NCBI GenBank assembly: GCA_949293165.1
Contig: CASFCW010000031.1
Coordinates: 2,168 to 66,167, forward strand
Reading direction: 5' to 3'
Origin: an uncultured bacterium
GTDB taxonomy: Bacteria > Bacillota > Clostridia > Oscillospirales > Oscillospiraceae
DNA length: 64,000 bases
In this document: positions 28,714 through 37,714 of the stretch, in pieces
How the letters are laid out: every line of letters starts with the position of its first letter
How positions within the stretch are numbered: position 1 is the first letter of the stretch
The notes under the pieces: model-generated
What the model was told of the DNA's origin: nothing
Seen by the model: the letters and a program-made list of their open reading frames with translations, nothing else
Database searches by the model: none
Position numbers and translations under genes: made by a program

Positions 28714-29625
28714 TCAGGGCAGCCGCCTGACCTCCATTTCCAGCTCCACGCCGGTCTGCTCCCGCACCCGCCGGCGCACCTGCTCCACCAGCTCCATCAC
28801 CTGGGCGCAGGTGGCCTGCCCCCGGTTAATCACAAACCCGGCATGCTTTTCCGACACCTGGGCGTCCCCCACCGAGAAGCCCTTCAGCCCGCACTGGTCA
28901 ATCAGCGCGGCGGCAAAGTATCCGGCGGGCCGTTTGAACATGGAGCCCGCGCTGGGGTACTCCAACGGCTGCTTCTCCCTGCGCTGCCCGTCCAGGCGGG
29001 CCATCTCCTCCCGGATCTCCTCCGCGTTTCCAGGGCGCAGCTCCAGGCGGGCGGACAGGATGATCTCCTCCCCTCCGGAGAACCGGCTATGGCGGTAGCT
29101 GAAAGCCAGCTCCTCCCCCGACCAGGTGTGGACCTGCCCATCGGGGCCCGCCGTCCGGACAGCGGTTACCACCTGGGCCATTTCGCCGCCGTAGGCGCCG
29201 GCGTTCATCAGCACAGCGCCCCCCAGGGTGCCGGGGATGCCGTGGGCGAATTCCAGCCCCGTCAGCCCCAGGCCGGCCGCCCAGGTGGACAGGCGGGCCA
29301 GGGTAACCCCCGCCTGCACCTCCAGAATGCCAGGCGCCGCCTGCTCCACGCCGCTCAGCCGCAGTGTGGACACCACCAGCGCCTCCACCCCCTGGTCGTC
29401 CACCAGCAGGTTGGAGCCGTTGCCCACCACCACCAGGGGCAGGCCCAGCTTCCCCGCCTCCTCCAGGCAGGCAAGCAGCTCCTCCTCCCCGGCGGGGAGG
29501 GCAAAGCACCGGGCCGGGCCTCCGATCCGAAAGGTGGTGTGGCGGGACATGGCCTCCCCCCACAGCAGCTCCAGCCCAGGGCAGCGGCTGCTCAAAGCGC
29601 TGCCCAGCAATTCAAACCGATCCAT
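28714..29625 (-). CDS. murB: UDP-N-acetylmuramate dehydrogenase
   Basis: HTTFRIGGPA, GNGSNLL, GIPGTLGGAVLMNAGAYG, KQPLEYPSAGSMFKRP, KHAGF. Confidence 0.96.
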   Translation of the reverse strand: MDRFELLGSALSSRCPGLELLWGEAMSRHTTFRIGGPARCFALPAGEEELLACLEEAGKLGLPLVVVGNGSNLLVDDQGVEALVVSTLRLSGVEQAAPGILEVQAGVTLARLSTWAAGLGLTGLEFAHGIPGTLGGAVLMNAGAYGGEMAQVVTAVRTAGPDGQVHTWSGEELAFSYRHSRFSGGEEIILSARLELRPGNAEEIREEMARLDGQRREKQPLEYPSAGSMFKRPAGYFAAALIDQCGLKGFSVGDAQVSEKHAGFVINRGQATCAQVMELVEQVRRRVREQTGVELEMEVRRLP

Positions 29626-29695
29626 AGAACCTCCTGTTACACAAGAAACTGCGCTGTGAGAAAGACGGCCCCGGCGGGCGCCGGGGCCTCTGCGT

Positions 29696-30646
29696 CTACA
29701 TAACCTGGCAGAGCATGGCGGCGCCCACCACGCCCGCGTCGTTGCCCAGGCTGGCCCGTTCAATCCGGGGCAGATGGGACTTGTCAAAACAGCCCTGGTG
29801 CACCCGCTGCCGCAGGGGGTTGAGCAGCAGCTCCTCCGCAGCCGCGCTGACCCCTCCGCCCAGGCAGATCACCTGGGGAAACAGGATATTGCACAGCCCG
29901 GTCAGCCCGGCAGCCAGGTTGTCCAGGTATTCCTCCAGCACCTGGCAGGCGGTTTCATCCCCTTGTCCCGCCGCCTGGAAGGGGGTGCGCCCCTCCACCC
30001 TGCCCAGGTCGCCGCCGCAGGCCTGCCACAACAGGCTGTCCCGGTTGGCCTCCATGGCCTCCCGGGTCATGCGGATGAGGGCGGTGGCGGAGCCGTACTG
30101 CTCCCAGCAGCCCCGGTTGCCGCAGCCGCAGGGCAGCCCGCCGGGATGGAGGGGCATGTGGCCCACCTCCATGCCGATGCCGCCGAAGCCGGTGTAGAGC
30201 TTCCCATTTTGAATCATTCCGCCGCCGATGCCTGTGCCCAGGGTAATCATCAAAGCAGGGTCGCAGCCCTTGGCCGCTCCCGCCCAGTATTCGCCCACGG
30301 CAGCACAGTCGGCGTCGTTGCCCAGATAAACCGGCACGTCCAGCCGGCTGCGGAACAGGTCACTCAGAGGGGTATTCCGGAAGGGCATGTTGGGGGTCCG
30401 GATTACCATGCCGGCCTGCTGATCCACCAGGCCGGGGATTCCGATGCCCACCGCCTGGATCTCCGTCAGGGGGCAGCCGGCCTCCTCCGCCGCCCGGCAG
30501 GCCAGCTCCGCCAGCTGCCGGCTCAGCGCCTGGTCGGACCAGCCGCGGTCCACCGGGCAGGCCGCCTTGTGCCGGATCTGCCCGTCCTGATCCACCAGGC
30601 CGGCCACCAGGTTGGTGCCGCCCACGTCAATCCCCAGATACATCAC
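29696..30646 (-). CDS. ROK family sugar kinase (glucokinase-like)
   Basis: GIDVGGT, NDADCAAVGE, TLGTGIGGG, EVGH, CGCGNRGCWE. Confidence 0.9.
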   Translation of the reverse strand: MMYLGIDVGGTNLVAGLVDQDGQIRHKAACPVDRGWSDQALSRQLAELACRAAEEAGCPLTEIQAVGIGIPGLVDQQAGMVIRTPNMPFRNTPLSDLFRSRLDVPVYLGNDADCAAVGEYWAGAAKGCDPALMITLGTGIGGGMIQNGKLYTGFGGIGMEVGHMPLHPGGLPCGCGNRGCWEQYGSATALIRMTREAMEANRDSLLWQACGGDLGRVEGRTPFQAAGQGDETACQVLEEYLDNLAAGLTGLCNILFPQVICLGGGVSAAAEELLLNPLRQRVHQGCFDKSHLPRIERASLGNDAGVVGAAMLCQVM

Positions 30647-31593
30647 TTGCCCTCCTCCATCAGCTTCTGGAAATGGGCGTCCATCCGCTGGCTCAGCTCC
30701 AGGGCGGCGTTGTGCCCCATTTTCCGGTTTCTGTTGTTGATGGCGGCCACCTCCACGATACTAGCCAGGTTCCGCCCAGGCTTGACGGGGATGGTCAGGC
30801 AGGGCACCTTCACCCCCATAATCTCGGTGGTGGAGCCCTCCAGCCCCAGCCGGTCATACACCGCCCGGTCGTTCCAGGGCTCCAGATTGATGACCATGTC
30901 GATCTCCTGCTCCACCTTGATGGCCCGCATACCAAACAGCCGGCGCACATCCACCACGCCGATGCCCCGCAGCTCCATGTAGTGCCGGATCAGCTCAGGG
31001 GCGGTGGCCACCAGGCTGCCGTGGTTGGTCTGGCGGATCTCCACCGCGTCGTCGGCGATGATCCGGTGGCCCCGCTGGATCAGCTCAATGGCCACCTCGC
31101 TCTTACCCACGCCGGACTCACCCTGGAACAGCACACCCTCGCCGTACACCTCCATCATCACGCCGGAACGGGTGATCTCAGGGGCCAAATGGTTGAACAG
31201 GCTGCCGATGAGCCGGCTCATGAAGGAGGAGGTGGTCTCCGGCGTGCGCAGCACCGTCCGGTCGTGGCGCACCGCCATCTCCATGCACTCAGGGAAGGGC
31301 TCCAGCTCCCGGGTAATAATCAGGGCGGGGGCGGGGTAGGAAAACAGGCGGTCAAACCGGGCCCGGCGGCTGTCGCTGTCCATGCCGGCCAGGAAGGTGT
31401 TCTCCGTCAGGCCGATGACCAGCAGCCGCTTGGGGTCGAAGTGTTCAAAGAAGCCGGACAGTGGCAGGCCGGGCCGGTTGACGTCCAGGGTGGTAAGGGG
31501 AACATCCTGATAGTTGGGGGCCTCATGGAGCACCTCCAGATTGAATTCCTCAATGATGGTACCCAGCTTCACGCTTTTTCCTGTCTCTGCCAT
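30643..31593 (-). CDS. hprK: HPr kinase/phosphorylase
   Basis: VNRPGL, GVLFQGESGVGKSE, ADDAVEI, MELRGIGV, PVKPGRNLA. Confidence 0.96.
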   Translation of the reverse strand: MAETGKSVKLGTIIEEFNLEVLHEAPNYQDVPLTTLDVNRPGLPLSGFFEHFDPKRLLVIGLTENTFLAGMDSDSRRARFDRLFSYPAPALIITRELEPFPECMEMAVRHDRTVLRTPETTSSFMSRLIGSLFNHLAPEITRSGVMMEVYGEGVLFQGESGVGKSEVAIELIQRGHRIIADDAVEIRQTNHGSLVATAPELIRHYMELRGIGVVDVRRLFGMRAIKVEQEIDMVINLEPWNDRAVYDRLGLEGSTTEIMGVKVPCLTIPVKPGRNLASIVEVAAINNRNRKMGHNAALELSQRMDAHFQKLMEEGK

Positions 31594-31764
31594 AGCGGTC
31601 TCCTCCTTCAGTTCCAGACTCTGTCCCGGCTAGGGGGCAGTCCCGGCATCATATAGCACCAGTATACCCTATCCCACCCATCCGCGCAAGGGAGAACGGG
31701 ATTTTCCTGGCATTCCGTTCGGTTTTCCTCCGGAGAAAAAATTTTTCTTTTCTAAAAAAAGCTC

Positions 31765-31793
31765 TTGCATTTCGTCGGGAAATCTGGTAATAT
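31765..31793 (+). promoter_or_regulatory. Sigma-A promoter of rpmB
   Basis: TTGCAT-17bp-TAATAT. Confidence 0.6.
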
Positions 31794-31845
31794 ACTGGTC
31801 GATGCTTCATTGAAAGCGAACTCTCATAGCGAGGAGGTAAGCAAC

Positions 31846-32034
31846 ATGGCCAAATGCGAATTCTGCGACAAGGGCGTCACCTTCGGCATCCAGGTCTCCC
31901 ACTCCCATCGTCGTTCCAACCGCACCTGGAAGCCCAACGTGAAGCGCGTGAAGGCGATCGTGAAGGGCACCCCCACTCACGTGTACGTCTGCACCAGATG
32001 CCTCCGTTCCGGTAAGGTCACCCGCGCTGTGTGA
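31846..32034 (+). CDS. rpmB: 50S ribosomal protein L28 (zinc-ribbon type)
   Basis: MAKCEFCDKG...SHSHRRSNRTWKPNVKRV...VCTRCLRSGKV; GGAGG RBS. Confidence 0.97.
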   Translation: MAKCEFCDKGVTFGIQVSHSHRRSNRTWKPNVKRVKAIVKGTPTHVYVCTRCLRSGKVTRAV

Positions 32035-32050
32035 TCTATATGGCAAGCTG

Positions 32051-32083
32051 AAATCCCTCGCATCCTACGATGCGAGGGATTTT
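32051..32083 (+). terminator. Intrinsic terminator after rpmB
   Basis: aaatccctcgcatc-ctac-gatgcgagggatttt. Confidence 0.82.
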
Positions 32084-32126
32084 CTTACACCTGTGCCGTC
32101 CCATCCTGATCTCATAGGAGGCCCCC

Positions 32127-33062
32127 ATGTTCGTTAAAAATCCGGAGTATTTCCTCACCATTGTCAAGGAGCGCAGCATCTCCCGGGCCGCCGACCGCCT
32201 GTATCTGTCCCAGCCCTATCTCAGCCAGTATCTGGCCAAGCTGGAATCCGCCCTTGGCGTAACCCTTCTGGACCGCTCCCACACCCCCCTGCGGCTCACC
32301 GCCGCCGGGGAGCTGTTCCACGCCTATCTGGAGCGGCAGAGCTACCTGGACCGCCAGCTGGAAAGCGACCTCCGGGAGCTCCAGGCCCAGAAGCGGCAGC
32401 AGCTGCACATCGGCGTCTCCACCTGGCGGGGTTCCACCCTGATGCCGGACATCCTTCCCCGCTTCGCCCCCATGTACCCGGAGGTACAGGTGATCCTCCA
32501 CGAAGCCCCCGTCCCCCAGCTGGGCGACCTGGCCTCCGGCAACGTGACTGATTTCTGCCTGATGCACATTCCCAGCAACCTGGAGGAGCTGAGCTATGAG
32601 CTGGTGATGCACGAGCGCATCCTCCTCATCGCCCACAGCAACCACCCCCTGGTGCGGGGGCAGCACAGCACCTGGGACGCCCCGCTGCCCTTCCGTGATC
32701 TCCGGCAGCTGGAGCACGAGCGGCTGATGATGCTCCCCGGGGACTGGCGTCTGTCCCGTCTGCTGTACAACACCTTCAGCGTGGCCAGCGTGGAGCCTCA
32801 GAATATCCTCATCACCACCAACAACACCACCGCCATCAACCTGGTGGCGGAAAATATGGGCTTCACCTTCCTGCCGGAAAGCGGCATCCACCGCACCCCC
32901 TACCTGGATCGCCTCTCCTTCTTCACGGTGGGTGAGCCGCCCCTCACCTCCCCCCTTGCGGTGGTTTACCGGAAAAACAGGTTCCTGTCCCCGGCGGCCA
33001 GGTGCTTCATGGATCTTATCAAGGAGCATTACCGCCAGTTTGACCGGGGCTCCGTACTGTAA
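32127..33062 (+). CDS. LysR family transcriptional regulator
   Basis: SISRAADRLYLSQPYLSQYLAKLESALGVTLLDR HTH followed by a substrate-binding domain. Confidence 0.93.
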   Translation: MFVKNPEYFLTIVKERSISRAADRLYLSQPYLSQYLAKLESALGVTLLDRSHTPLRLTAAGELFHAYLERQSYLDRQLESDLRELQAQKRQQLHIGVSTWRGSTLMPDILPRFAPMYPEVQVILHEAPVPQLGDLASGNVTDFCLMHIPSNLEELSYELVMHERILLIAHSNHPLVRGQHSTWDAPLPFRDLRQLEHERLMMLPGDWRLSRLLYNTFSVASVEPQNILITTNNTTAINLVAENMGFTFLPESGIHRTPYLDRLSFFTVGEPPLTSPLAVVYRKNRFLSPAARCFMDLIKEHYRQFDRGSVL

Positions 33063-33064
33063 TG

Positions 33065-33113
33065 AAATCCCCTCTCCCCACCGGCTTGTCCCGGCGGGGA
33101 GAGGGGATATTTC
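33065..33113. terminator. Hairpin between convergent LysR and PNPOx-like genes
   Basis: atcccctctcccc...ggggagaggggat inverted repeat. Confidence 0.65.
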
Positions 33114-33594
33114 ATGCATTCCGTTGTTTTGGCAGAGGCTTTTCCTTGCCGGTGACCTCCTCCATGGCGACAGCCCACACACCGGTGACAGGCAGGCTTT
33201 TGGCGATGGCCCGTTCAAAGTTATCCCCCGTCATGTTGGCCGGGGTCAGCTTCTCGCACAGGGCCCGGAGAGCGGCCACCTTCTCCCCCTGGTCCGTAAC
33301 CTCCCAGGCGGTGCCCTTCACGTTGGCCGACTGGAAATAGGTGGTGAACTTGTCCTCCGCCCCCTGGTTGAAGGCCACGAAGGACAGGCACACTTTAGGC
33401 TGGCCGCGGAGCAGCTCCAGCTTGGTGCCCTCCAGGGCGCAGTGAAAATACAGCTTCTCCCCCACCCGCACCAGGGACAGAGGTACAGAGTATGGGAGCC
33501 CGTCCGGCCCGCTCATGGCCATGACGCCGTATTCACACCGGTCAATCACATCCAGGGCGAAGGCCCGGTCCCGCTGTCTGTCTGTTCTGCGCAT
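33112..33594 (-). CDS. Pyridoxamine 5'-phosphate oxidase-like (NimA-type) FMN-binding protein
   Basis: MRRTDRQ, PYSVPLS, LYFHCALEGTK, FTTYFQSANVKG. Confidence 0.82.
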   Translation of the reverse strand: MRRTDRQRDRAFALDVIDRCEYGVMAMSGPDGLPYSVPLSLVRVGEKLYFHCALEGTKLELLRGQPKVCLSFVAFNQGAEDKFTTYFQSANVKGTAWEVTDQGEKVAALRALCEKLTPANMTGDNFERAIAKSLPVTGVWAVAMEEVTGKEKPLPKQRNA

Positions 33595-33608
33595 AGATTG
33601 TCGCTCCT

Positions 33609-34154
33609 TTATGCTTCCTCCTGGCTGTGCCGGGTCAGCAGAGCCATGATTTCGTGGTAGATGGCCGCCGGAGTCCGGTCAAACCGGCTTGCCAGCGCCT
33701 GCCCCTGGGCCAGGGAGGGGGAGATGAGCTTCAGCTCCATCAGCGGCCCGCTCTCGTCGGCAAAATACAGCCGCACAGAACAGGTGCCGTCCCCGTTGGG
33801 GGTCAGGTCCGTCTGTACCTGGGCCTGGCGTTTCAGCACGGCGTTGAGCTTGACCAGGTGCTCGTCGCACTTCATCCGCACGGAATAGGGCAGGCTGCTC
33901 TCACAGATCTCGCTGTTGCGCCGGCCCTTCTCCGTAATGGCCAGCAGCTCCCCGTCCTTGGTCAGGTGATCGGTTTCCACCAGGTGGTCCACCGCCTCGG
34001 TTAGGGAGAAGTAGTTGACCCCGGCGTCGCACAAAGCCAGGTCCAGCAGCTGCAAAAAAGTGATGGGGGCCGCCGCCCGGGCCATCAGATAGAGCACCAG
34101 CAGCTTCAAATCCATTTCATCCTGAATAAATCCCGGCTGTACCACGGCGGTCAC
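33609..34154 (-). CDS. DUF4364 family winged-helix protein
   Basis: GFIQDEMDLKLLVLYL, VNYFSL, ITEKGR pattern. Confidence 0.7.
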   Translation of the reverse strand: MTAVVQPGFIQDEMDLKLLVLYLMARAAAPITFLQLLDLALCDAGVNYFSLTEAVDHLVETDHLTKDGELLAITEKGRRNSEICESSLPYSVRMKCDEHLVKLNAVLKRQAQVQTDLTPNGDGTCSVRLYFADESGPLMELKLISPSLAQGQALASRFDRTPAAIYHEIMALLTRHSQEEA

Positions 34155-34247
34155 CTTCCCTTCCTGTTGTCGTTATGGCGCTGCATATCCCCCGGGGCCG
34201 GGGATTCCGGAACCCCGGCAGCGTCTGTGCCGTTATTATACCGAAAA

Positions 34248-35456
34248 TCACCGGTCGGTACAAGGGTCAGTTTTTCCTTCGGCCGCCTCCTGCCCCTGGC
34301 CGTCATAGAGCAGCTTGAGCACAATGGGGGTCACCACGGCCGATACGATAATCAGCAGGATCACCGCCGGGAAGAAGGCCGCGCTGAGCAAACCCACGGC
34401 CAGCCCCTTCTGGGCCACGATCAGGGCCACCTCGCCCCGGTTCATCATCCCCACGCCGATTTTCAGGGAGTCGCCGCTGGAAAACCGGCAGATCCGGGCC
34501 ATCAGGCCGCAGCCGGCCACCTTGGACAGCAGGCCCACCACCAGGAAGGCCAGGGAGAAGGCCATGATGGTGGGGCTGAACGCGCTGATATCCGTGCTGA
34601 TGCCCACAGAGGCGAAAAACAGCGGCCCAAAAATCGTGTAGGAGTTGATGTCCAGCCGACGCTCAATGTAGCTGGAATCCCTCAGGTTGGACAGTACCAC
34701 GCCGGCCACATAGGCTCCGGTGATGTCGGCGATGCCGAAAAACTCCTCCGCCACATAGGACATGATAAAGCAGAACACCAGCCCCATGATGGTCAGGCGG
34801 CGGGTATGGGGGTGGCGCAGGCTGATCCGGTCAAAGACCTGGAACACCAAAGCCCCCACCAGGGCGGACAGCAGGAAGAAGGAGATCATCCGCACCACCA
34901 CCTCCACAGGGGAGGTAGTGGGGTCCTGGAAGCTGGTGATAACCGTCAGCACCAGGATGCCCAGCACGTCGTCGATAATGGCGGCGGACAGGATGGTGGT
35001 GCCCACCCTGGTTTTCAGCCGTCCCAGCTCCCGCAGGGCCTGGACGGTGATGGAGACGGAGGTAGCCGTCAGGATGCAGCCCATGAACAGGGCTCTGTGG
35101 AAGCTGGGGTCCTGAAAGCCGGAAAATCCATAGAATGCAAAGTACAAAACCGTTCCCGCCACGAGGGGAAGAAGGACGCCGGACATGGCGATGGCCAGCG
35201 CCACCGGCCCGCTTCGGATCAATTCGTCGGTATCGGAATCCAGCCCCGCGCTGAACATCAGCAGCACGACGCCGATCTCCGCCATCTGGGTCAAAAAGTC
35301 CGACGGCTGCACCAATCCCAGGATACACGGTCCCACCAGCAGGCCGGCCAGGATTTCTCCCGCCACCTGGGGGACATTGAACCTTCTGGCCAGCAGGCCC
35401 ATATACTTTCCTACCAGCAGCACAATGGCAATATCCCGGAAAATTACGTAATCCAC
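34248..35456 (-). CDS. Cation:proton antiporter (CPA2, NapA-like)
   Basis: GEILAGLLVGP, AEIGVVLLMFSAGL, TATSVSIT, SAAIIDDVLG, GMMNRGEVALI. Confidence 0.9.
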   Translation of the reverse strand: MDYVIFRDIAIVLLVGKYMGLLARRFNVPQVAGEILAGLLVGPCILGLVQPSDFLTQMAEIGVVLLMFSAGLDSDTDELIRSGPVALAIAMSGVLLPLVAGTVLYFAFYGFSGFQDPSFHRALFMGCILTATSVSITVQALRELGRLKTRVGTTILSAAIIDDVLGILVLTVITSFQDPTTSPVEVVVRMISFFLLSALVGALVFQVFDRISLRHPHTRRLTIMGLVFCFIMSYVAEEFFGIADITGAYVAGVVLSNLRDSSYIERRLDINSYTIFGPLFFASVGISTDISAFSPTIMAFSLAFLVVGLLSKVAGCGLMARICRFSSGDSLKIGVGMMNRGEVALIVAQKGLAVGLLSAAFFPAVILLIIVSAVVTPIVLKLLYDGQGQEAAEGKTDPCTDR

Positions 35457-35517
35457 TGTCCTTCACCTCATTATTGCCGGTTCCTTCATCTCGGCATTCG
35501 AATTTCCCCTCAGTGTA

Positions 35518-35546
35518 AGCATAGCCCCGCGCCGTGGTAAAGTCAA
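35518..35546 (-). promoter_or_regulatory. Sigma-A promoter of the CPA2 antiporter
   Basis: TTGACT-17bp-TATGCT. Confidence 0.6.
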
Positions 35547-35592
35547 GGCAAGAAATCGCTCAGAAAAAGGGGAAGGGAGGGGGATATTCTCC

Positions 35593-35620
35593 TTGACATC
35601 AGAGGGAAACCTGATATAAT
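35593..35620 (+). promoter_or_regulatory. Consensus sigma-A promoter of SAM-I/metK
   Basis: TTGACA-16bp-TATAAT with TGn extension. Confidence 0.8.
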
Positions 35621-35641
35621 AACGGGAGGAAAAGTAAATTA

Positions 35642-35737
35642 CCTTATCAAGAGTGGTGGAGGGACCGGCCCGATGATACCACGGCAACCTGCTTCGGCAA
35701 GGTGCCAAATCCGGCGGTCGTGTATCGCGAGATGAGG
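35642..35737 (+). ncRNA. SAM-I (S-box) riboswitch
   Basis: P1 ccttatc/gatgagg; ATCAAGAG..GGAGGGAC.GGCCCGATGA; GGCAACC; AAGGTGCCAAATCC core; sits upstream of metK. Confidence 0.95.
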
Positions 35738-35754
35738 GTGGGTACGACAGAAAT

Positions 35755-35780
35755 CGCTCCGCCGCCGCGGGGCGTTTTTT
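35755..35780 (+). terminator. SAM-I expression-platform terminator
   Basis: cgctccgc-cgcc-gcggggcg followed by ttttt. Confidence 0.75.
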
Positions 35781-35868
35781 CATCCCCCCAGGGTTCAGGG
35801 CCCTTGCGAAGCGCCGGTGGGAGGCCTCCCCCGGACGGGCAGAACATCCTGAGAAAGGACGAGTAACT

Positions 35869-36944
35869 ATGGCAAAAAAACTGTTTACCTCTGAGTCGGT
35901 GACCGAGGGTCATCCCGACAAAATCTGCGACCAGATTTCCGACGCGGTGCTGGACGCCATCATGGCCCAGGACCCCAACGCCCGCGTAGCCTGTGAGACC
36001 ACCGTCACCACCGGCATGATTAACGTCATGGGCGAAATCACCACCAGCTGCTATGTGGATATCCCCAAGATCGCCCGCCAGGTGGTGCGGGACATCGGGT
36101 ACGACCGGGCCAAGTTTGGCTTTGACTGCGACACCTGCGCTGTGCTCACCTCCATCGACGAGCAGTCCCCCGACATCGCGCTGGGCGTGGATAAGTGCCT
36201 GGAGGCCAAGGAGGGCGACCAGAAGGACGGGCTGGACAACGGCGCCGGCGACCAGGGCATGATGTTCGGCTACGCCTGTGACGAAACCCCTGAGCTGATG
36301 CCCCTGCCCATCTCCCTGGCCCACAAGCTGGCCATCCGGCTGACCCAGGTCCGCAAGGAGGGCCTGGTGAGCTACCTCCGGCCTGACGGCAAAACCCAGG
36401 TCACCGTGGAGTACGACGAGCAGAACAAGCCCCTGCGGGTGGACACGGTGGTGGTCTCCACCCAGCACGGCCCCGAGGCCTCCCTGGAGCAGATCCGGCA
36501 GGATATGATCGACCTGGTCATCCGCCCCGTTATCCCCGCCATGCTGATGGATAACGACACCAAGATTTATGTCAACCCGACCGGCCGCTTCGTGGTGGGC
36601 GGCCCCCAGGGCGACTCCGGCCTCACCGGCCGGAAGATCATTGTAGATACCTACGGCGGCTCCGCCCCCCACGGCGGCGGCGCCTTCTCCGGCAAGGACC
36701 CCACCAAGGTGGACCGCTCCGCCGCCTATGCCGCACCGGTACGCTGGGTGACGACCGCCTGTCCGACCTGGTGGAGCAGGTATTCGACCTGCGTCCCGCC
36801 GCCATCATCCGGGATCTGGACCTCCGCCGTCCCATCTACCGCCAGGTAGCCGCCTACGGGCACTTCGGACGGGAGGACCTGGACCTCTCCTGGGAAAAGA
36901 CGGACCGGGTGGACGCCCTGCTTTCCCTGGTAAATCCTGTATGA
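35869..36944 (+). pseudogene. metK: S-adenosylmethionine synthetase, frame broken by an internal deletion at 36734/36735 (apparent pseudogene, possibly an assembly artefact)
   Basis: [38 protein letters not shown] in frame 1. The C-terminal [25 protein letters not shown]...YGHFGR...SWEKTD is in another frame and ends at TGA 36942-44. About 35-40 codons are missing. Confidence 0.9.
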
Positions 36945-37017
36945 TTTCTCCCCCTCCCGGGCACGCTTTCCTTCGGGAGGGGGAACTCCTCTTCCAAGCT
37001 GACAGGAGGTATGTAAT

Positions 37018-37659
37018 ATGGACAAAGCGGAATTGATCAAGCGGGTGGACCACACCCTTCTAACCCCCACCGCCACCTGGGAGCAGGTGCGGCAGGCCTG
37101 TGACCTGGCCGCCGCCTGGCACGCGGCCTCGGTGTGCATCCCCCCCAGGTTTGTCCGCCGGGCCGCCCAGCATGTGGGCCACGAGCTGAAAATCTGCACA
37201 GTGGTCGGATTCCCCAACGGGTACTCCACCCCGGAGGTCAAAATCTTTGAGACAGAGGACGCCATTCGCTGCGGCGCCGACGAAATCGACATGGTGATGA
37301 GCCTGGGGCTGGCCAAAAGCGGCGACTGGGAAGGGGTTTTGCAGGAGATCCGGGGGGTCAAGGCCTCCTGCCAGGGCCGTATTCTGAAGGTGATTGTGGA
37401 GGCCTGCCAGCTGACGGCCGAGGAGAAGGAAGCCGTCTGCCGGGTAGTATCCATGTCCGGGGCGGACTACATCAAAACCTCCACCGGCTTCTCCACCGGC
37501 GGAGCCACCGTGGAGGATGTAGCCCTGTTCCGCCGCCTGTGCAGCCCTGAGCTGCGGATTAAGGCCGCCGGCGGCATCCGCACCCTGGAGCAGGCCCAGG
37601 CCATGATTGACGCCGGCGCCGACCGTATCGGCTCCAGCTCCCTTCTTTCCCCCCTGTAA
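37018..37659 (+). CDS. deoC: Deoxyribose-phosphate aldolase
   Basis: VDHTLL, CTVVGFPNG, GADEIDMV, LKVIVE, YIKTSTGF, IKAAGGIR, RIGSS. Confidence 0.95.
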   Translation: MDKAELIKRVDHTLLTPTATWEQVRQACDLAAAWHAASVCIPPRFVRRAAQHVGHELKICTVVGFPNGYSTPEVKIFETEDAIRCGADEIDMVMSLGLAKSGDWEGVLQEIRGVKASCQGRILKVIVEACQLTAEEKEAVCRVVSMSGADYIKTSTGFSTGGATVEDVALFRRLCSPELRIKAAGGIRTLEQAQAMIDAGADRIGSSSLLSPL

Positions 37660-37668
37660 CCCATCCAG

Positions 37669-37714
37669 AAAAAAAGCTCTGTACCTCGGTAAGAGGTGCA
37701 GAGCTTCTGTTTTT
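37669..37714. terminator. Bidirectional terminator between deoC and bioB
   Basis: aagctctgtacctc/gaggtgcagagctt stem flanked by A7 and T-runs. Confidence 0.8.
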
